From NCBI GenBank assembly GCA_035316005.1, contig DATFXK010000008.1, positions 1-59,982 on the forward strand: a stretch of DNA of 59,982 nucleotides, given 5' to 3'. The stretch's first letter is position 1; every line of letters starts with the position of its first letter. The notes beneath the pieces are model-generated. The model saw only the letters and a program-made list of their open reading frames with translations. It did not search any database and was not told where the DNA came from. The DNA is from Acidimicrobiia bacterium. Lineage in GTDB: Bacteria; Actinomycetota; Acidimicrobiia; IMCC26256; JACDBD01. The position numbers and the translations under genes are program-made. Positions 56,726 to 59,982 of the stretch are shown here, one piece after another.

Positions 56726-57448
56726 TCACGTATTGCCCGTCGCGTAGAGCGCCAGGAGCGAGGCCAGCACCAGCGTGACGATCGTGAGGTTGTACGCGAG
56801 GTGGGCGCGTGTCGACTCCATCAGGGCGCCGACCTGGGAGCGGGTCTCCTTCCAACCCTCGAGGTAGCACCACGTGAGGTACAGCCCACCGATCGACAGC
56901 GCCAGCGCGGCGCCGATCGGGATGCCCACGACGGCGTGAGCGAGGCCGAACACCAGCGAGCGCCACACGTTGGTGGCGGTGCCGCGCCCCTCGGCGCCCC
57001 GGCGGAACACCCACTCCTCGCGGGCGACGAGCAACGGCATCCCCACGATCAGCAAGCCGATGAAGAACAGCGGGATGACGATCGACACGATCCCGTAGTC
57101 GCGGTCGGTGACGCCGACGACCGGGTTGCCTTCGCCGCCGATCATCGTCCACCAGCCCCACGAGAGGACGGGCAGCTTGATCAGCAGAAAGGCCGTCGAC
57201 ACGATCACCGCGACGATCGGGACCGCCCGGACGAAGTGCTGGCTGCGCAGGCCCTGCACGACGCCGAGCGTCTTGCGGCGCGCGCCGACCGACGTCCGCG
57301 CCGCCTCGAACAGGCGCACGCCCACCACCGCGAGCACCGCCACCGTCAGCAGGTCGAGGATCGTCACCGGCGACAGTCTTCTCCAAGCGCGCCCCGGGCC
57401 CGCACCCGTTAGCCTGAGCCGGCCCATGCCGACGAGACGGATAGCCAT
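56726..57448 (-). CDS. CPBP family intramembrane glutamic endopeptidase (CAAX protease-like)
   Basis: Multi-TM protein with REEWVFRRG (EExxxR) and SLVFGLAHA (FxxxH) motifs. Start uncertain: ATG 57448, GTG 57367, or track 57718. Confidence 0.7.
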   Translation of the reverse strand: MAIRLVGMGRLRLTGAGPGRAWRRLSPVTILDLLTVAVLAVVGVRLFEAARTSVGARRKTLGVVQGLRSQHFVRAVPIVAVIVSTAFLLIKLPVLSWGWWTMIGGEGNPVVGVTDRDYGIVSIVIPLFFIGLLIVGMPLLVAREEWVFRRGAEGRGTATNVWRSLVFGLAHAVVGIPIGAALALSIGGLYLTWCYLEGWKETRSQVGALMESTRAHLAYNLTIVTLVLASLLALYATGNT

Positions 57449-57469
57449 GAGCGAGCCCCCGAGTAGCAG

Positions 57470-58702
57470 ATGGTCCGACGCCCGCGCCTCCTCCGGCGCT
57501 TCGTCGCCGTTGTTCGCTCCGACCCGAGCGGGGTCGGGGCGGGGTTCGTCGCGCTCCTGCTCTCGTCGGGTGGCGACCTCGTCGCGGGGCTGACGCTCGG
57601 CGCGATCTCCAACACCCTGGAGGCACTGCCCGGCCTGCTCGTGCTCATCCCCGCCGCCATCGGCATGCGGGGCAACATCTTCGGCGCTCTCGGCAGCCGG
57701 TTCAGCACCGCTATCCACACGGGGACGTTCCGGGTGTCGCGTCGTCTCGACACGCTCGTCGGGCAGAACGTCGCCGCCTCGCTGGCGCTCTCACTGTCGA
57801 TCTCGCTCGTGCTCGCCGTGCTCGCCAAGGCCGTCTCGGTCGCGTTCGGCGTCGCGAACTCAATCTCCATCATCGACTTCGTCGTCATCTCGGTTGTCGG
57901 CGGGATGCTGTCTTCGGTCGTCGTTCTGCTCGTCGTGGTCGTCGTGACGGCCGTGTCGGTCCGCTTCGACCTCGACCTCGACAACGTGCACACGCCGATC
58001 GTGACGGCCGCCGGCGACATGGTCACCCTGCCTGGCCTGTTCGTCGCCACGTACCTCGTCGGGATCGCCTGGTTCACGCCCGTGGTTGCGATCATCTGTG
58101 TCGTTGCCGGCCTGGTGGGGCTCGTCGTCGGGCTGCGCGCCCGTCTGCCGATCCTGCGGAGCATCGTGCGCGAGTCGGTCCCGGTGCTCGCGATCGCGGG
58201 CGCCGTCGACGTGATCGCGGGGATCACGATCGAGAAGCGCATCGAATCCTTCCTCGTGTATCCGGCGTTGCTCGTCCTCGTGCCCCCGTTCCTCGAGGAC
58301 GCGGGAGCACTCGGTGGCATCCTCAGCTCCCGGATCGCGACCAAGCTTCACCTGGGCACCATCGAGTTGTCGCGCTCACCGTGGCGCGCCGCCGCCGAGG
58401 ACGTCCTGCTCGTGTTCGTCTACGCGGTGCCGGTGTTCTTCCTGCTCGGCGTATCGGCCGACGTCGTCTCGGCGATCTTCGACCTCGGGAGCCCGGGCGC
58501 GCTGCAGATGATCGGCGTCTCCATGCTGGCCGGCGCCTTCGCCACGACGGCGGCCGTTGTCGTCGGGTACTACGGAGCCGTCGCCACGTACCGGCTCGGG
58601 CTCGACCCCGACAACCACGGCATCCCGATCGTCACGTCGAGCCTCGACTTCCTCGGAGCCGTCTCCCTGATCCTGGCTATCGTGATCTTCGGCCTGACCT
58701 GA
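57470..58702 (+). CDS. MgtE/SLC41-type divalent-cation transporter, membrane domains only (duplicated)
   Basis: 410 aa. Two copies of the MgtE TM-domain pattern (PGLLVLIPAAIGMRGNIFGALGSRFST... and PALLVLVPPFLEDAGALGGILSSRIAT...), with no N-terminal CBS/MgtE_N sensor. Confidence 0.7.
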   Translation: MVRRPRLLRRFVAVVRSDPSGVGAGFVALLLSSGGDLVAGLTLGAISNTLEALPGLLVLIPAAIGMRGNIFGALGSRFSTAIHTGTFRVSRRLDTLVGQNVAASLALSLSISLVLAVLAKAVSVAFGVANSISIIDFVVISVVGGMLSSVVVLLVVVVVTAVSVRFDLDLDNVHTPIVTAAGDMVTLPGLFVATYLVGIAWFTPVVAIICVVAGLVGLVVGLRARLPILRSIVRESVPVLAIAGAVDVIAGITIEKRIESFLVYPALLVLVPPFLEDAGALGGILSSRIATKLHLGTIELSRSPWRAAAEDVLLVFVYAVPVFFLLGVSADVVSAIFDLGSPGALQMIGVSMLAGAFATTAAVVVGYYGAVATYRLGLDPDNHGIPIVTSSLDFLGAVSLILAIVIFGLT

Positions 58703-58713
58703 GGCCACACCGG

Positions 58714-59949
58714 ATGGACGAGAAACCCCCGAGAAATCTCAAGGCCATGCTCTCGGAGGCGAAGGATGCCTCCGAGCTGATGGTCGACCTCGGCTACGCG
58801 GCTCTGTTCTTCGACGATCTCGCCATGGCCGAGGAGGTCATGGAGCTCGAGGAGCGGCTCGAAGGGCTCGTGCACGAGATGCGCGAGGTCTGCATCCTCG
58901 CCGCCCGCTCACCCCATGACGCCGAGCAGATGTCGAGCGTGCTGCACGTGATCTCGTCGATCGAGCGCATCGGCGACGCGGCGGTGAGCATCGCCCGCAT
59001 CGTCATCCACCGGCTCGGCATCCCCGCCGACCTCGTCGCCGATCTCGCTGCCGCCGAAGAGGTCTCGCACCGGGTGCGCGTGCGCGAGAGCTCCGAGCTC
59101 GCCGGCCGGGCGCTCGCCGACGTCGAGCTGCCGACCAAGCTGGGGATGCGGGTCGTCGCCATCCGGCGCGGCAAGGAGTGGATCATCGACCCCGACGGCG
59201 ACGAAGTCATGCTGCCCGACGACGTCCTCATCCTGCGGGGCGCGCCCGACGGCATCGCCGAGCTCCGCACCCTCGCCGGCGCGCCCGAATGGCGGCCGCC
59301 CGGCGTCGACGAGGACCCGACCATCACCGACCTCGACCGCGCTGTCGACGTGCTCGTCGAGATGAAGAACCTCTCGGAGGTCGCGGTCGGGCTCGCGTAT
59401 TCGGCCCTGCTGCTCTACGACCAGAGCCTCGCCGCCGAGGTCAACCACCTCGAGGACAGGATCGACGAGATGCGCGAGCGCCTCGAGGTGTGGGTACTGC
59501 GCGCCGCCGCCGAGCAGATCGACCCGTCGCCGCTGCGCGGCCTGCTGCACCTCGGGAGCGCGGCGGAGCAGCTCGGTGACTCCGCCCAGCAGATGGTCTG
59601 GCTCGTCGAGCAGGGCGAGGAGATGCACCCGGTGCTCGGGCTCGCGCTCGGCGACAGCGACGAGGTCATCGCCTGGGTCCCCGTCGCCGCCGGCTCGGAG
59701 CTCGAGGGGCGCACGCTGCGTCAGGCGAAGCTCGAGCTCGGGACGGGCACCTATCTGCTCGCCATCCGGCGCGCCGGACGGTACATCTACCGTCCCCGCG
59801 GCCACGTGCGTCTCGAGGCGGGCGACGAGCTCATCGCCATCGGCCCCGACGACGGCCGCGACCGTCTCGCCGAGCTCGCCGGGTTCCAGGTCGTCGAGGA
59901 CGACAGCACCGGCGAGATCGAGCTGGTCCGCACCCCCGACGCGGGGTAG
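58714..59949 (+). CDS. cytoplasmic regulator with two PhoU-like + TrkA-C (RCK_C) modules
   Basis: 411 aa, an internal duplication. LMVDLGYAALFFDD../..VEMKNLSEVAVGLAYSALLLYD (PhoU-like helices), each followed by a TrkA-C-like block (..LAGR.LAD..L....G..VVAIRRG......P.GD..L..DD.L...G). Begins 12 nt after the transporter gene. Confidence 0.65.
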   Translation: MDEKPPRNLKAMLSEAKDASELMVDLGYAALFFDDLAMAEEVMELEERLEGLVHEMREVCILAARSPHDAEQMSSVLHVISSIERIGDAAVSIARIVIHRLGIPADLVADLAAAEEVSHRVRVRESSELAGRALADVELPTKLGMRVVAIRRGKEWIIDPDGDEVMLPDDVLILRGAPDGIAELRTLAGAPEWRPPGVDEDPTITDLDRAVDVLVEMKNLSEVAVGLAYSALLLYDQSLAAEVNHLEDRIDEMRERLEVWVLRAAAEQIDPSPLRGLLHLGSAAEQLGDSAQQMVWLVEQGEEMHPVLGLALGDSDEVIAWVPVAAGSELEGRTLRQAKLELGTGTYLLAIRRAGRYIYRPRGHVRLEAGDELIAIGPDDGRDRLAELAGFQVVEDDSTGEIELVRTPDAG

Positions 59950-59982
59950 CCGCAGCACCGTGACCGCGCCACCGCGTTCGGG

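Noticed and set aside
52994-56778. Long ORFs 52994..54739(-), 54869..56479(-) and 54898..56778(+) over dnaE2.
   Set aside because: These are antisense or off-frame shadows of the 1079-aa DnaE2 gene, with low-complexity Arg/Gly/Asp-rich translations.

Overview
This window is a high-GC (about 70%), densely coded stretch of actinobacterial core chromosome. Its gene order recalls the Mycobacterium serA-leuB...gltX...leuCD-hupB...fbiD-gpsA neighbourhood. I found no integrase, transposase, CRISPR array or recognisable defence genes, so it reads mainly as housekeeping.

Supported content:
- Branched-chain amino-acid genes: leuA, leuCD, and a leuB-ilvE-cimA operon.
- aspC-serA.
- gltX followed by tRNA-Gln(CTG) and tRNA-Glu(CTC).
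- HU, cofC/fbiD, plsC-gpsA, greA, rnhB, rpiB, amt, a hydantoinase/oxoprolinase pair and a GH38 alpha-mannosidase.
- An SOS mutasome (imuA'-imuB and dnaE2).
- Several secreted or membrane proteins, and an MgtE-like channel with a PhoU/TrkA-C partner.

Observations most worth a second look:
1. Two leader-peptide attenuators with matched anatomy. A Leu-Leu-Leu leader precedes leuA, and an Ile/Val-rich leader precedes leuB-ilvE-cimA.
2. The HU core gene is followed by a separate gene made of 42-nt tandem repeats. It encodes an Arg/Lys/Ala-rich tail of the kind that is fused to HU in mycobacteria.
3. A secreted two-domain copper protein has an amicyanin-type C-terminal site. Its N-terminal His/Met pattern resembles type-II copper monooxygenases.
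4. Two LexA-box promoters are built almost identically.
5. The imuB reading frame runs about 340 nt past its conserved ...AIYD end, antisense through a glyoxalase-family gene. This suggests a TGA-to-TGC stop loss or a sequencing error.

All family assignments come from motif recognition by eye, with no database search. Start codons are often uncertain. The many long Arg/Pro/Ala-rich ORFs in the track are antisense shadow ORFs typical of high-GC DNA.
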